A stretch of DNA of 64,000 nucleotides from Leucoraja ocellata (lineage: Eukaryota): contig JAWMAR010000032.1 in assembly GCA_036785375.1 (NCBI GenBank), positions 11,346,001-11,410,000 on the forward strand, given 5' to 3'. Position numbers and translations under genes: made by a program. Below, piece after piece: positions 39,221 through 51,275 of the stretch. Each line of letters begins with the position of its first letter. Positions within the stretch are counted from its first letter, which is position 1. The notes under the pieces were generated by a model, which was given only the letters and a program-made list of their open reading frames with translations, was not told where the DNA came from and ran no database searches.

Positions 39221-39391
39221 TCTTCTTGCATATGGCGTGCACAGCCTAAACGGAGATCCCTGAGCAGGGATTACGTTGTTTCTATTAGTGTGTAGGTCAA
39301 CTTGTTCTATTTGATCTTGTTTGTGCACGCCGGCTTGACTGCATTTAGTTGGAACAAGGTGGACCACATGAAGGTTGCAATCTCCCACCCC
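39221..39391 (-). mobile_element. Short non-autonomous retroposon with HDV-like ribozyme head, hairpin body and AAG tail
   Basis: Flanking direct repeats GGTCATTACA (39209-39218) / GGCCATTACA (39392-39401); 10-bp perfect stem GGCGTGCACA; tail GCAAGAAGA. Confidence 0.65.
39337..39391 (-). ncRNA. Minimal HDV-like self-cleaving ribozyme
   Basis: P1 GGGGUGG/CCACCUU, P2 GAUUGCA/UGCAGUC, P3 ACC/GGU, L3 UUCAUGU, J4/2 CUAAA with candidate catalytic C at 39348; no P4 stem. Confidence 0.7.
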
Positions 39392-39771
39392 GGCCATTAC
39401 AGTTGAAGACTGGCCTGTTATTTTGGGGCTTTGGTCGTGATGAGTAGTCCCAGGGGCTATCAATTTGCTTGGGAGATAATGATTGTTCTTCCTGCCTTGG
39501 CCATTATAGTCATGGAGTTGCAATCATATTGAACCACTGTGTCCGTGTCAACCTTCATACTTCTCTATATTTGTTCCTTTCACCCACATTTGGTCCATAA
39601 CATTCGCAATCCTTGCCTCGTAGCCCTCCAATATTATCTCCCGACCTAGAGTGGAGCAGGATGAGGCATGTTCTGGATTCTGTATCCCAAATGGTGTCAA
39701 TAGCCTTAAGAAAAAGAATGGAATGCTGTGTTGTACAACTAGAAAGCCCCAGAAAGGCAACTTCCAAGAAT

Positions 39772-40030
39772 GGGCGGCACGGTGGCGCAGCGGTAGAGTT
39801 ACTGCCTCACAGCGCCAGAAATCTGAGTTCGATCCCGACTACGGGTACTGTCTCTACGGAGTTTGTACGTTCTTCCCGTGACCACATGGGTTTTCTCCGG
39901 GAGCTCCGGTTTTCTCCCACACTCCAAAGACGTACAAGTTTGTAGATTAATTGTAAATTGTCACTTGTGTGTAGGACAGGTGATCGCTGGTCAGCGCGGA
40001 CACGGTGAGCAGAAGGACTTGTTTCCATGC
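39772..40030 (+). mobile_element. V-SINE (HE1-like)
   Basis: gggcggcacggtggcgcagcggtagag head, V-domain, tail; an inverted partial copy follows at about 40117-40292. Confidence 0.88.
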
Positions 40031-40544
40031 TGCTTCGAAACCGCCTTCCTACCTCCGAGTACATTTTCCATTTTCTTGGTGCTTATTTTTTAGTTTCTTT
40101 GATACATTCCTCTGGCCTTTTGCCCAACCGAGTCCGCGCCGACCAGCGACCCCCGCACACTAACACTATCCTTCCCACACTCGGGATAGTTTACAATTGT
40201 ACCGAAGCCAATGAACCTGTAGACCTGCTAGTCTTTGGAATGTGGGAGGAAAACCGGAGCTCCCGGAGTCAGAATCGCAGCAACTCTACCGTTGCCCAAG
40301 AATGGATGATGCACAGGCTCTGAGAATGTATAATCCAAACTGGTAGATGAGGGAATCCTCAGACGGAATCACCCACACCCGTTGAGTTGCTCCAGCACTT
40401 TGTGTCTACCTACACCGACTCTCAGCAGACATAAACAGCGCAACCCCTATTAATTAGTAGAACATGCAAATATGAAGTAACGGAAGCTAGCCATAGAGCG
40501 ATGGAGCTGTACAGCATGGACACAGACCCCACTGCCCAACTTGT

Positions 40545-40765
40545 GTAGGAAGGAACTGCAGATGATGGTTTAAACCAAAGATAGACCCAAAATGCTGGAG
40601 TAACTCAATGGGACAGGCGGCATCTCTCGAGAGAAGGAATGGGTGACGTTTCGGGTCGAGACACCAGTCAGAAGAAGGGTCTCGACCCGAAACGTCACCC
40701 ATCCCTTCTCTCCAGGGATGCCGCCTGTCCCACTGGGTTACTCCAGCATTTTACGTCTATCTTCT
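40545..40765. repeat. Palindromic pair of Penelope terminal repeats
   Basis: About 85-bp arms (gatagac...gggtcgagac / gtctcgaccc...gtctatc) around a 16-bp spacer. Confidence 0.8.
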
Positions 40766-43700
40766 GCCCAACTTGCTGACCAAGTTGCCTAACTAAGCCA
40801 GTTCCACTTGACTTTGCCTGCCCCATGACAGGTTAGCGTGCAACAAAAGCTTTTCACTGTACCTTGGTACGTGACAATAAACTCAACTAAGCTGAAGTAA
40901 ACTAAACTCCAAACCTTTTCTATCCATGTACCAGTCTAAGAGTTATAAACGACACCTGGACAAAAGCCTTTGACTATATAGCTCGATATGCGCGACAATA
41001 AACCAGCTAACGAAATAAGAATTGTACAGGGAGCTGTAAACACTGGTTTACACCAAAGATAGACACAGAATGCTGGGTCAGGCGGCTTCCCTGGAGAAGA
41101 GAAGGGTAGGTGACGTATCGTTTGGAGACCCTTCTTCAGACTGTTCAAAAGACACTTAAGCAGATTCATGAATAGGAAAGGTTTAGATCGATGTGGGATA
41201 AACATGGGGAAATGGGAGTAGTTTAGAGGGGGCATCTGGGTAGACATGGACGAGTTGGGCCGAAGGGCCTTTTCCCGTGCTGCATGACTATTATTGGTCT
41301 AGATTTGCATTGCAATGTGTGCGTGGTGCCGCTGCCGCTGCGGTGGGATTTGCAGACTAGCGTTGATTAGATTAATCTGCACAATCCCGGACACCTGGGC
41401 TGATTGTCCACGATCACTCGCCCTGTGGTTAAAGTGGTTTGGTTGGAGGCAGCTGGGAACACGTGTGTTTGCGCAGAGTGGGAGTGGAAGAGAAAGAGCA
41501 CGCACTGGGGGTTTATCTTGAGCAAAAAAAACTATCAACGTTTTTGGTGTCTCCAATGTAACCCCGTCTAAGAATAAAACACTGCTTGCGAAGACAGAGG
41601 TAACTAGTGAGAAGAAAGTGCTCGGGTTAACCCCTGCGGACCATCCTGGGAGCTGGGTGGGGGTTGGGGGGTGAGTTGTGAGAGTTGGGGGGGGGGGGGG
41701 GGGGGGAATAGATGGATGACTCGAGTAAGAGAGAGGGCGGTGGGAGTTGTCTTCAACCTGCGTGGAGTTGTCTTGAGCTCGCTATCGGATCTTTGCTCCA
41801 CGGTGCCGCATTTGGTGCGGGAGGCTTTCATAGCCCGGAGCCTCAGGCCGTCCCGCAAAAGTTAAGAGGGGAGTCAAAAGGAACTGCAGATGCTGGAATC
41901 TTGTGCAAAAGCCGAAGTGTTGGAGGAACTCAGTGGGCCAGGCACCATCTATGGAGGGAAACGGCATTTGCTTCCAAAACGGCCGGTGGCATTGTCCCCA
42001 AAGATTGTCATTCTGCTAAGACAATCACAAAAAGCTGGAGTAACTCAGCGGGTCAGGCCGCATCTGTGGAGAAACGGAATAGGTGAAGTCTCGGGTCGAA
42101 CCGTCCTCGGACTGAAAGTTTACTTTTTTTGGTGGGGGGGGGGGGGGGGGGGGTATGTGTCATTCTGATGCGAGCTGATGTTCCCCACACACTAGCTGGT
42201 CCTTTATCAGTGGAAAACTAATGTGTTTCATTAACTGCGTAGACTTTGTTATTGCCCGAAGTTTGGAAAGTTGGGTCTCAGGGCGGCACAGCTGGTAGAG
42301 CTGCTGCTTCATTGCGCCGGAGACCCTGACCTCGTGCGCTGTCTGTGTGGAGTTTGCACGTTCCCCTTGCGTCAATTCAATCCACGCTTGCAGTGCCTTC
42401 AGTCGGTTGACAATTGAGGAGCCGACTAACTCCACCGCAGGATGAAGGCCGGTCTCGGGGATTCAGTAGATCTCCCAGGCGCGGGTGGGAATTGGCAATG
42501 GTGACCGCAAAAGAGGCAGTTTCATTCCGCTTTACCCCGACTCTTACCCAAGAGGATGCCGTATGTCCCACTCTTGTCTTTTGTTCTTCTTCCTGGAGGC
42601 GAGTAAACAAGTCTCATTGTGTGAAGGGTCCCCATCCCCTGACCTGTCTATTCCCTCCACTGATGCTGCCTGGCCCAATGAGTTCCGTCTAGATTATGCT
42701 GGAGGGGAGGAAATATTTCATAGGAATCTGAAGGGTAACTTTTTTTACACTTTTTTTGGGGTGTGTGGAACAGGCTACCGGAGGAGGTAGTCGAGGCAGG
42801 TACCATCACAACGTTCAAGAAACATTTATACAGGTACATGATGGATATGGGCTAAATGTGGGACTGGTGCAGCAGGGACATGTTGGTCGGTATGGCCAAG
42901 CTGGGCTGTGGGGCCTGTTTCCCCGCTGTATCACTCGACGACGACTTGTTTTTTTTGCTCAATCCTGCATCTGCAGTTCTTTGTCTCAAATTCCCAACTG
43001 CCCTAATGTATATTTTCGTATTCTGGTACAAATCGAAATTGGCTTTATTTCCCCTCATCAATTCACAAACATGTACTTGGATCGCTTCAGTTTAAACACA
43101 ATGGCTTTAATATAAAAACACAAGGAAGATATACATGTATACATATCTATTTATCTATTTTTATAGATAGATAGATAGATATTTTTTTTAAGTGCTGGAG
43201 GAACTCTGAGGGCCAGGCAGTAACCATTAATATGAAACTAGGAACTTTAGATGCTGGCTTACTCCAGTACTTTCATGTATTTTTGTACCTCAGCGGTTCA
43301 GGCAGCATCCATGGAGATCTAGTTGAACCCTTCAGACATTTTAATATGAAGTTCGCTGTGTCGTTCTGATGTATTCTGAGCGTTCCTGTATCCATTTGCG
43401 AGTTCTCTCGCCTTGTCTCTAACAACCTCATGGGAGTATTTGCAGCAAAATGCTTTTTTTTAGAGCTACAGCATGACAACTGGCCCTTCGGCCCACTAAG
43501 TCCATGCGGAAATCGCCTGTTCACAACAGTTGTATGTTATTCCACCTTCTCATCCACTCCCTACACTAGGGACAATTTTACAGAAGCCATTCAACCTACA
43601 AACCCGCACGTTGTTGGGATGCGAGGGGAAGCCCACGTGGTCACAGGGATAACATGCAAACTCCGTGCAGACAGCAGCCGTAGTCGGGATTGAACCCGGG

Positions 43701-43939
43701 TCTCTAGCGCTGTGAGGCAGCAACTCCACCGCCGTGTCACCCCTCACCGTTTTCTAAAGTGTTGAATCTTCAGTGACCTCGCGCTGTAATTTTTATTTAC
43801 AACTAGACTGCAATGGGCAGTGTGGCAGGCAGGGTAAGAGTGAACAAGACTGCGAACCGAGCGGAGAAAGACCTTGTAGAAGGAATCTAGATTCACGCGT
43901 CTAGGTCAGGGCATGTTCTTGTAGAAAATGCTAATTTCT

Positions 43940-45442
43940 TTTTTTTTAATTTTATTTTTATTAGCAGTACAGTAAATCACATTAATACATCGCATATATC
44001 TTATTACATTATGTTGTACCACTTCATTTTTTGAGCTTTAAAAAAGATAGAAATAAAAGAAGTAAGGAAAGTAAGCAAGAATCGTGAAGGTGCAGGAAAG
44101 TGTTGGGAGAAGAGAACCCCTTAGGGAAGGAATTAGAGAAGGAAGCAAAGAAAAGAAAAAAAAGGAAGAAAGGAAAATCAATCGCTCTATTGTAACACAA
44201 AACTTCGCAAAAAAGGATATACCAACCGTGTTTTTATTAAAAAATTATTTTATACCCCCCATTACCAGGTCCTGGTAGCCTTTATGTTTTAACTTATTAT
44301 TGCACCTTATGCTTGTAATAGTTCCATAAATGCAGACCACGTCTTTTGGAAGTGATCTGCTTTGCCTGGTAGGAGGAGTCTCATCTCTTCCAAGTGTAGT
44401 GTTTCGAACATGTTTGAAATCCACATTTTTGTTGTTGGTATTGGAGCATTTTTCCAAAATTTAAGTATAAGCTTTTTTCCCATTATTAGCCCATAATTAA
44501 GTAAGTTCTTTTGAAACATATTTAATTCTAGGTTACCTTCCGATATTCCAAAAATGATCCATAGTGGTAAATATTAAAAATATGATTCACCTGCTGGACA
44601 ACTCTGCCCAGCAGGTGGAATGGATTATAGTGGAGAGAGAGGACTGCGCTCCAGGTAATACAGGAGCGACTCTCCTCTCACCAACGAATTTGAATAACAA
44701 ACGGTATAATAAAAATCCAATGATACATAGTACAATTAGAACTTGGAAACAAATAAAACAGAACTTAAAATTAAGAAATCTATCTCTGCTAATGCCAATA
44801 GCCAATAACCCTTCGTTTAAACCCTCAATTATAGATAAATCATTTACACAATGGGAAAGAACGGGAATCAAAACGCTCGGAGACGTATGAATTAGGGAAA
44901 TTATTACCATTTCAACAATTACTGAAATATAACTTGAAAAATAATCAATATTTTAAATATCTTCAAATCCGTGATTATCTGAAAAAATATACAAAAGACT
45001 ATTATAATATGCCCCCAGACTTATTAGATGAAGCCATGAAAATAAAGGCTGAATCAGCAAATCTAATATCATACTTATATAATATTATATTGAATATAGA
45101 AATACCTACAACAGATAATATTAGAAGAGACTGGGAACAAGAATTGGCTATAAAAATTTCAAAAGAGAGCTGGGATAAACACTTATTATATGTGCATAAA
45201 TGCTCGATCAACGTACGACATACTCTAATCCAATATAAAACATTACATAGACTATATTATTCAAAAACTAAAATAAATAAACTTTTCCCCAATGTCTCAC
45301 CCATTTGTGATAAATGTCAGTCACAAGACGCTAACATAGCGCACTCTTTTGTTTTCTGTATAAAAATCCAAAAAGTCTGGAACAAAATATTTGAAATCTT
45401 CACAAAATTATTTAAAACAAAACTACTACCCAAAGTAGAATG
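43940..45442 (-). mobile_element. 5'-truncated, 5'-inverted L1-clade LINE with 16-bp TSD
   Basis: Poly-A end at 43940 (minus); ORF2 C-terminus on minus 44562-44307; upstream ORF2 with CCHC finger CDKCQSQDANIAHSFVFC on plus 44563-45442; TSD GAAAATGCT(A/C)ATTTCT at 43924-43939 and 45443-45458. Confidence 0.9.
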
Positions 45443-45709
45443 GAAAATGCTCATTTCTGAAGAGGGTTATGTTTGACAACGGAGTCGCCGCGAGTGGTAG
45501 CAATGGGAAAAGTCCAGTGTATGCCCTCTACCACTGCCAACACTGGCTGCTCCTGTTCTCCCACCTACCTTCCACCCCACCGCAAAATAAAGACCTACCT
45601 TCCACCCCACCACAAAGTGCTGGAGTAACTCTGCGAGTCAGACTGCATCTGTGGAGAATGTGAATAGGCGGCGCTCCTGGACTGTTCAAGAAGGGTAGTC
45701 ATCGAGTCT

Positions 45710-46100
45710 TGCAGCGTGGAAACGGATGCTTCGGCCCACACCGTCCCACCTGCTTGTGTTTGGACCATATCCCTCTAAACCTGACCTATCCATGTACCTG
45801 TCTAACTGTTGCTTAAACGTTGGAATAGTCCCTGCCTCAACTACCCCCTCTGGCAACTTGTTCCATACACCCACCACCCTTTGTGTGGATAAAGTTACCC
45901 CTCAGATTCCTATTAAATCTTTTCCCCCTCACATTAAAACTATGTCCTCTGGTCCTCCATTTGCCCTCTCTGGGCAAAAGACTCTGTGCATCTCCCCAAT
46001 CTATTCCTCGCGTGATTTTATTCACCTTAATAAGTTCACCCGTCATCCACCTGGACTGTAAGGAATAGAGACCCAGCCTACTCAACCTCTCCCTATAGTT
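45710..46100 (-). mobile_element. CR1 (HER1-like) LINE 3' fragment
   Basis: GLNYRERLSRLGLYSL...RTRGHSFNVRGKRFNRNLRGNF...VWNKLPEGVVEAGTI. Confidence 0.85.
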
Positions 46101-46758
46101 CAAACCCTCTTGTCCTGGCAAGGGTCCCCACCTGAAACGTCTACTATCCATGTTCTACAGAGATGTTGCCTGTCCTGCTGAGTACCTAAAGCATGTTGCT
46201 TTGTCTTGCCCTATAATCAGCCTTCCATTTTGATCGGTCTCTCTCGCACACAAACAATTAAATCTCTTTTAATTTCTTATTCCCCCAGCTCTGATGAAAG
46301 ACCATCAACCCCAAACAAAACGTTGTTACGCGCTCAGCAGATGTTATCTGATTTGCTGAATGCTCACCATGGTTTCTTGTTTTGATGCAAAGATCATGAC
46401 AAGATAATTTTCATGTTGTGTTGTCACCCACAATGGTTTTTTTATATAAAAGCGGGGGAAATTATTGCAACCGAGTTGCCTGAAGAAGGGTCCTGACCCA
46501 AAACCTCACCAATCCATTTCCTCCAGAGATGCTGCCTGACCCGCTGAGTTGCTCCAGCACTTTGTGTTTTGCTCACAGTTCCCACATCTGCAGTTCCTTG
46601 TCTGGAAAATTGTTGATTCTGAATTGTCAACGATGGCGCAGTGGTATGGAGTTTGTACGTTCTCCTCATGACCTGCGAAGATCTCTGGTTTCCTCTCACA
46701 CTCCAAAGACGTACAGGTTTGTAGCTTAATTGGCTTGGTAAATGTAAAAATAGGTCAT

Positions 46759-47589
46759 AGGGCTTGACGCACGGAGCCGCTCAATCCATCTGGAGGACAT
46801 CCGTAACTTCCGGTATATGTTATTAATGCAAGAAACGGGTACTTTCCTACCTGTTAAAAACAGCCAAAATGTTGAATTTTTGCGCTGTAAAAAATTGTGA
46901 GAGACATGTACCCAACTTTAGAATTCCAAATGTGAAGCGAAATGAAGGTAAAGAGAAGCGAGAACTGAAGGGACAACAACAGCTAAAGTGCTTGGTGAAC
47001 ATTGGCCGTGCAGATATCGGAATTGAAAATATTGGGAATGATCGCGTTTGCTCACTGCATTTCATCAACAGTAAGGCATTATTTGTGTTTTTTCTGATTT
47101 CTTTTGTATCTAAAAAGTCTCAGAAGTGATAAATCTGGCTGTAAATGTTTCTTCAGATGCGTTTTCATTTGTATGTAAAAACCCACTTGAGAACCATGGG
47201 CGATTTAAAAAATTTACAGCCAGATTTATCACTTCTGAAACTTTTTAGATGCCAAAGGAATAAAAAAAAAACACAAATATTGCATTAGTTGATGAAATGC
47301 AGTGAGCAAACGGCCAATGTTCGCCAAGCACTCTGGCTGTTGTTGTCCCTTCAGCTCTCGCTTCTATCTACCGTCATTTCCCCTCACTTTTGGAATTCTG
47401 AAGTAGGATAAATGTCTCTCACGCTTATCCCGATTTCCATAATTATTCACAGGCAAAAATTGACATTTTCAGTGGGTTTTAATGGCCCGCTACACTGGAA
47501 ACAATGGTCAGTGCCTACCTGCAGTTCATCGTGTGTACTCCACTTGGCGTAGCAACAGGTTCGTGACCCGACTGCCGTGAAACCTCCCT
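46759..47589. mobile_element. Foldback non-autonomous DNA transposon with two inverted decayed THAP exons (ISL2EU/PIF-related, tentative)
   Basis: Ends AT-AGGG...CCCT-AT; long internal inverted arms about 46850-47146 and 47212-47480; left arm encodes MLNFCAVKNC...FRIP...NIGR...RVCSLHFIN (C2CH THAP). Confidence 0.7.
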
Positions 47590-48634
47590 ATATCTCTAAA
47601 CTAAATGGAGGGAAGGGTTGTTTGGTGCATATATTGCCCTCTATTTTTAAAGCTGCCATTTTTTAAGTGGAGATTGACTGGTTCTTGATCAATAAGGGTG
47701 CCAGGGTTATGGGGAGAAGGCAGGAGAATGGGGTTGAGCGGGAAAGATAATTCTGCAAATTTTAATCATATCCATTATGTATACTAAAATAAACTAAAGG
47801 GGAAATCATCTAAAATCTTCATGTTTTTTTCTAATATTTTCTTCTATTTTTATTTCCATGTTTTCCAGGAAAAAGATGAGAAATGCATTCGCTCTCTTGA
47901 CAGCTTATGTTAAAGGGTTTTTTTATACCTATTGTTAAGCTGGAATGTTACAAGCTTAATATTTCATCTTGAGTTGTGTCTCTTCCTAGGCTTTATTTCT
48001 GCAGTGCTGTTTTCTTTCTGCTTATTGTTCACTGTCTCCTTTTCCTTGCATCAGGGTTTCATTCAATAAATTGCTATGTATATTCCTGGAAGGTTATCAA
48101 GGTTGCATAGAATCCCAGAGTTTCTCTAATTATACCTCGCTATTTGCTGCCTGTTTTGGGTTTTCCTGTGAAACCCTAAAACACACAGTGCAGGAGTAAA
48201 TCAGCGGGCCAGGCAACATCTCTGGAGGCCATGAATTGGTGATGTTTTGGGGTCGGGACCAGTCTGAGGAAGAATCCTAACCTGAAACATTGCCTTTCCA
48301 TGTCTTTCGGAAATACTGCCAAACCTGCCGAGTTACTCCAGCACTTTGTGTTTTGCTTAAGATCCTAGCATCTGCAATCCTTGTCTTCTGTGGAATTCCC
48401 CCTGACTCGCACCAGGATGAAATTGTCTGTGTTTTAAGGATTAATTCCCCCAAATTAATGATTTGTTTTTATCACTATCAACAAGAAACAAGTTGTGAAA
48501 AAAATCAAACATCAAAGTATATCCAATACTTGTAGCAGAATTGTTCTATCTCTAGATTTTGTCAATACCAACCTAATTGAAATATGTTCCGACTTTATTT
48601 TTCTTCTAGGTTTGGTTGAAGACACTTGGTCACC

Positions 48635-48756
48635 ATGGCAACGACAATCTTGCCATTTTACCAAAAGAAGCATAAACATTATGGCTTTGATTACCGCAGC
48701 TCGGATAGCCAAAGACTTGTCAAGCACTACACCACCAGAAGCAGCTCGACCAAAAG
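48635..48756 (+). CDS. MYOM2: Myomesin-2, first coding exon (exon starts 48610)
   Basis: Acceptor ttttcttctag, Kozak gtcaccATGg, MATTILPFYQKKHKHYGFDYRSSDSQRLVKHYTTRSSSTK (myomesin PFYQK.H.H...YR motif), donor AAG|GTGAGA, phase 2. Confidence 0.9.
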
Positions 48757-49199
48757 GTGAGAGGCAGCAGATAGTTCACCTTTAGTTTTAGAGAAACGGG
48801 CCCTTTGGCACACCGACCAGTGATCCCCATACACGAGCACTGTCCTACACATTATGGACAATTTGACATCTTTACCAAAGCCAATTAACCTACAAACCCA
48901 TTCCTTCTCTCCAGAGATGCTTTCTGTCCTGCTGAGTGACTCCAGCATTTTGTGTCGACCTACAAACCTGTACGTCTTTGGAATATGGGAGGTAACCGGT
49001 GCACCTGGAGAAAACCCACACGGTCACAGTGAAAACGTGTAAACTCCATACAGACAGCACCCGTAGTCAGGATGGAACCGGGGACTCTGGTGCTGCGAGG
49101 CAGCGACTCTACCGCTGCGGCACTGTGCTGCGTTAAACTCCTAGATAGGCGGGGTCATGGAACAGCAGTCAATTAGTCCCAAGGCAGCATGCAGTGAAG

Positions 49200-49655
49200 A
49201 TTTAAGAGGATGTTGCTGGGACTTGAAGGCCTAACCAATAGGGAAAGGTTGGGTAGGCTAGGACTTTATTCCTTGGAGTGCAGGAGCATGAGGGGTGATC
49301 ATATAGAGGTAGATAAGATCATGAACAGGTAGGTGACTGCTCAGCCTTTTACCCAGGGTAGGAGAATCAAGATTCTGAGAACATGTTTACTGTGAGCGGA
49401 GAATAGTTTAACAGGAACTTGAATGGGCAACTTTTTGAATTCAAAAGGTGGTGGGTGTATGGATGGGACGAGCTGCCAGAGGAGATAGTTGAGGCAGGTA
49501 CAAAAACAACATTTAAAAGACACTGGTATGAGTACATAGATAGGAATGCTTTAGAGGGATATGGGCCAAATGCAGACAAATGGGACTATTATAGACGCGG
49601 CATATTGGTCAGCTTTGAGTTGGGCCGAAGGGCTGGTTTCTGTGCTGTTTGACTC
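49200..49655 (+). mobile_element. CR1 (HER1-like) LINE 3' fragment
   Basis: RMLLGLEGL...LGRLGLYSLE...WDELPEEIVEAGT; 3' gggccgaagggc. Confidence 0.8.
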
Positions 49656-50977
49656 TGAGTAGCTGACAAATAGATGATTGCACACAGTTAATTTCTGAAG
49701 ATTATTTCTAGAGTCGTATAGCATGGAAAATGGCCCTTCGGCCCAACTTGCCCCTTTGGACCAACATATCCCATATACACAAGTCCCACTTGTCCGAACA
49801 TCTTTTAAATGTTGTTATGGTACCTGCCTCCACTACCTCCATTCCATAGACAGTGTGAAAAATGTTGCCCCTCAGGTTCCTATTAAATCTTTCCCCTCTT
49901 GCTTAAACCCAGGTTCCCTGTTTCTTGATTTCCCTATTGTGGGTAAAAGACTGTGCATTCACCCTATCTATTCCCCTCATGATGTTGCACGCCTCTACAA
50001 GATCCTCCTGCTCTTTGAGGAAAAAAGTCCTAGCCTGCCCAAACTCTCCCCATAGCCCAATCCATCGAGTCCTGATAATGTCCTCATAAATGTTCTCTGC
50101 ATTCTTTCCAGCTTAACAACATCTTCTCCTGGTTGTGAAGGAAGTTTATGATGAGTTGGAGTCTTGGAGTTTGAAAGAGTATTTCCTTGAGTAATGTTGG
50201 CCCAATAAAACTAAAATAAGACTTGTTAAGATATTCTTAACCTTTCCGAGTTTAGGACTGAGTTTTAATGAGGTGCGGAAGCAAACACACTGGGCATGGT
50301 GTCATAGAGAAGTGAAATTAGGCCGACTCAACGCTGTCTGCTGCTGCAACTTACTGGAATAATGTTCCTTCTAGAGAGGAGTTATTTCTAATAGTGTAAA
50401 GACAAATACAATGCCCCAAGTCTGTGTAATTCAGAGCTTATTTGGAAGTTGTAGTGTTTAATTGCCTGATGGTTGAGGACAAAGCTACTCCTGGACATTA
50501 TAGCTTTCAGGCTGCTATATCTACCCGATGGCAGGAGTGAAATGAGTGTGTGGCCAGGGTGGTAGGTCTCTGACGATGCTGGCTGCCTTGTTGAGGCAGC
50601 GACTCCGATAAGTCAAGGTACAAAAGTGATGTCCAAGCTGGCAGTTGAAGGTACACGAAACCATGAAGGAAGAGGTCTGAGCACTAGCAAAGTGGATAAC
50701 TAATTAGTTCCAAATTTGATGACTCCTATCATTAAATAACAAAGGTCAGAGGTAGTGAGAGGGCTTGGAGGACTAGTTGGTAGGTGTTATTCAGCATATC
50801 ACGTGGATTCCAATGTTTTTAGTAAAGTTCTCTATCAGTCTCTGGGCTGGTGTGTGAGTGAACGGCTCTGGGGAAATTTGAGTTGGTGGAAAAATCCAAT
50901 CGTGTTAAAAACTGTTACTGAACAAGCCCAACACGTGAATGCTGAGAATGTGGAGTCAACAAAAAGTAGCAGAGTTT

Positions 50978-51275
50978 GAAGGGTGGCACTGTAGAGTTGC
51001 TGCCTCACAGCACCAGAGACCCAGGTTCAATGCTGACTGCGGGTGCTGTCTGTACAGAATTTGTACCTTCTCCCTGTCACCACCTGGGTTTGCACCAACT
51101 GCTCCGGTTTCCTCCCACATTCCAAAGAGGTGCAGGTTTGTCGGTTAATTGGCTTCTGTAAACTGTCCCTAGTGTGTAGGGTGGTGCTGGTGTACAGGGT
51201 GATCACTGCTCAGTGTGGACTCACTCGGTGGGTCCAGGGGCTTGTTTCCCGGTTGTATCCCAAGCCTAAAGAAGT
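50978..51275 (+). mobile_element. V-SINE (HE1-like)
   Basis: Head, V-domain, tail. Confidence 0.8.

Noticed and set aside
39772-39840. tRNA-like sequences with A and B boxes (many copies)
   Set aside because: They are SINE heads continuous with the V-domain and a LINE-derived tail, not tRNA genes.
45563-45615. Short direct repeats (also a 20-bp tandem at about 28575-28614) as a CRISPR-like array
   Set aside because: Only two units, eukaryotic context; simple slippage duplications.
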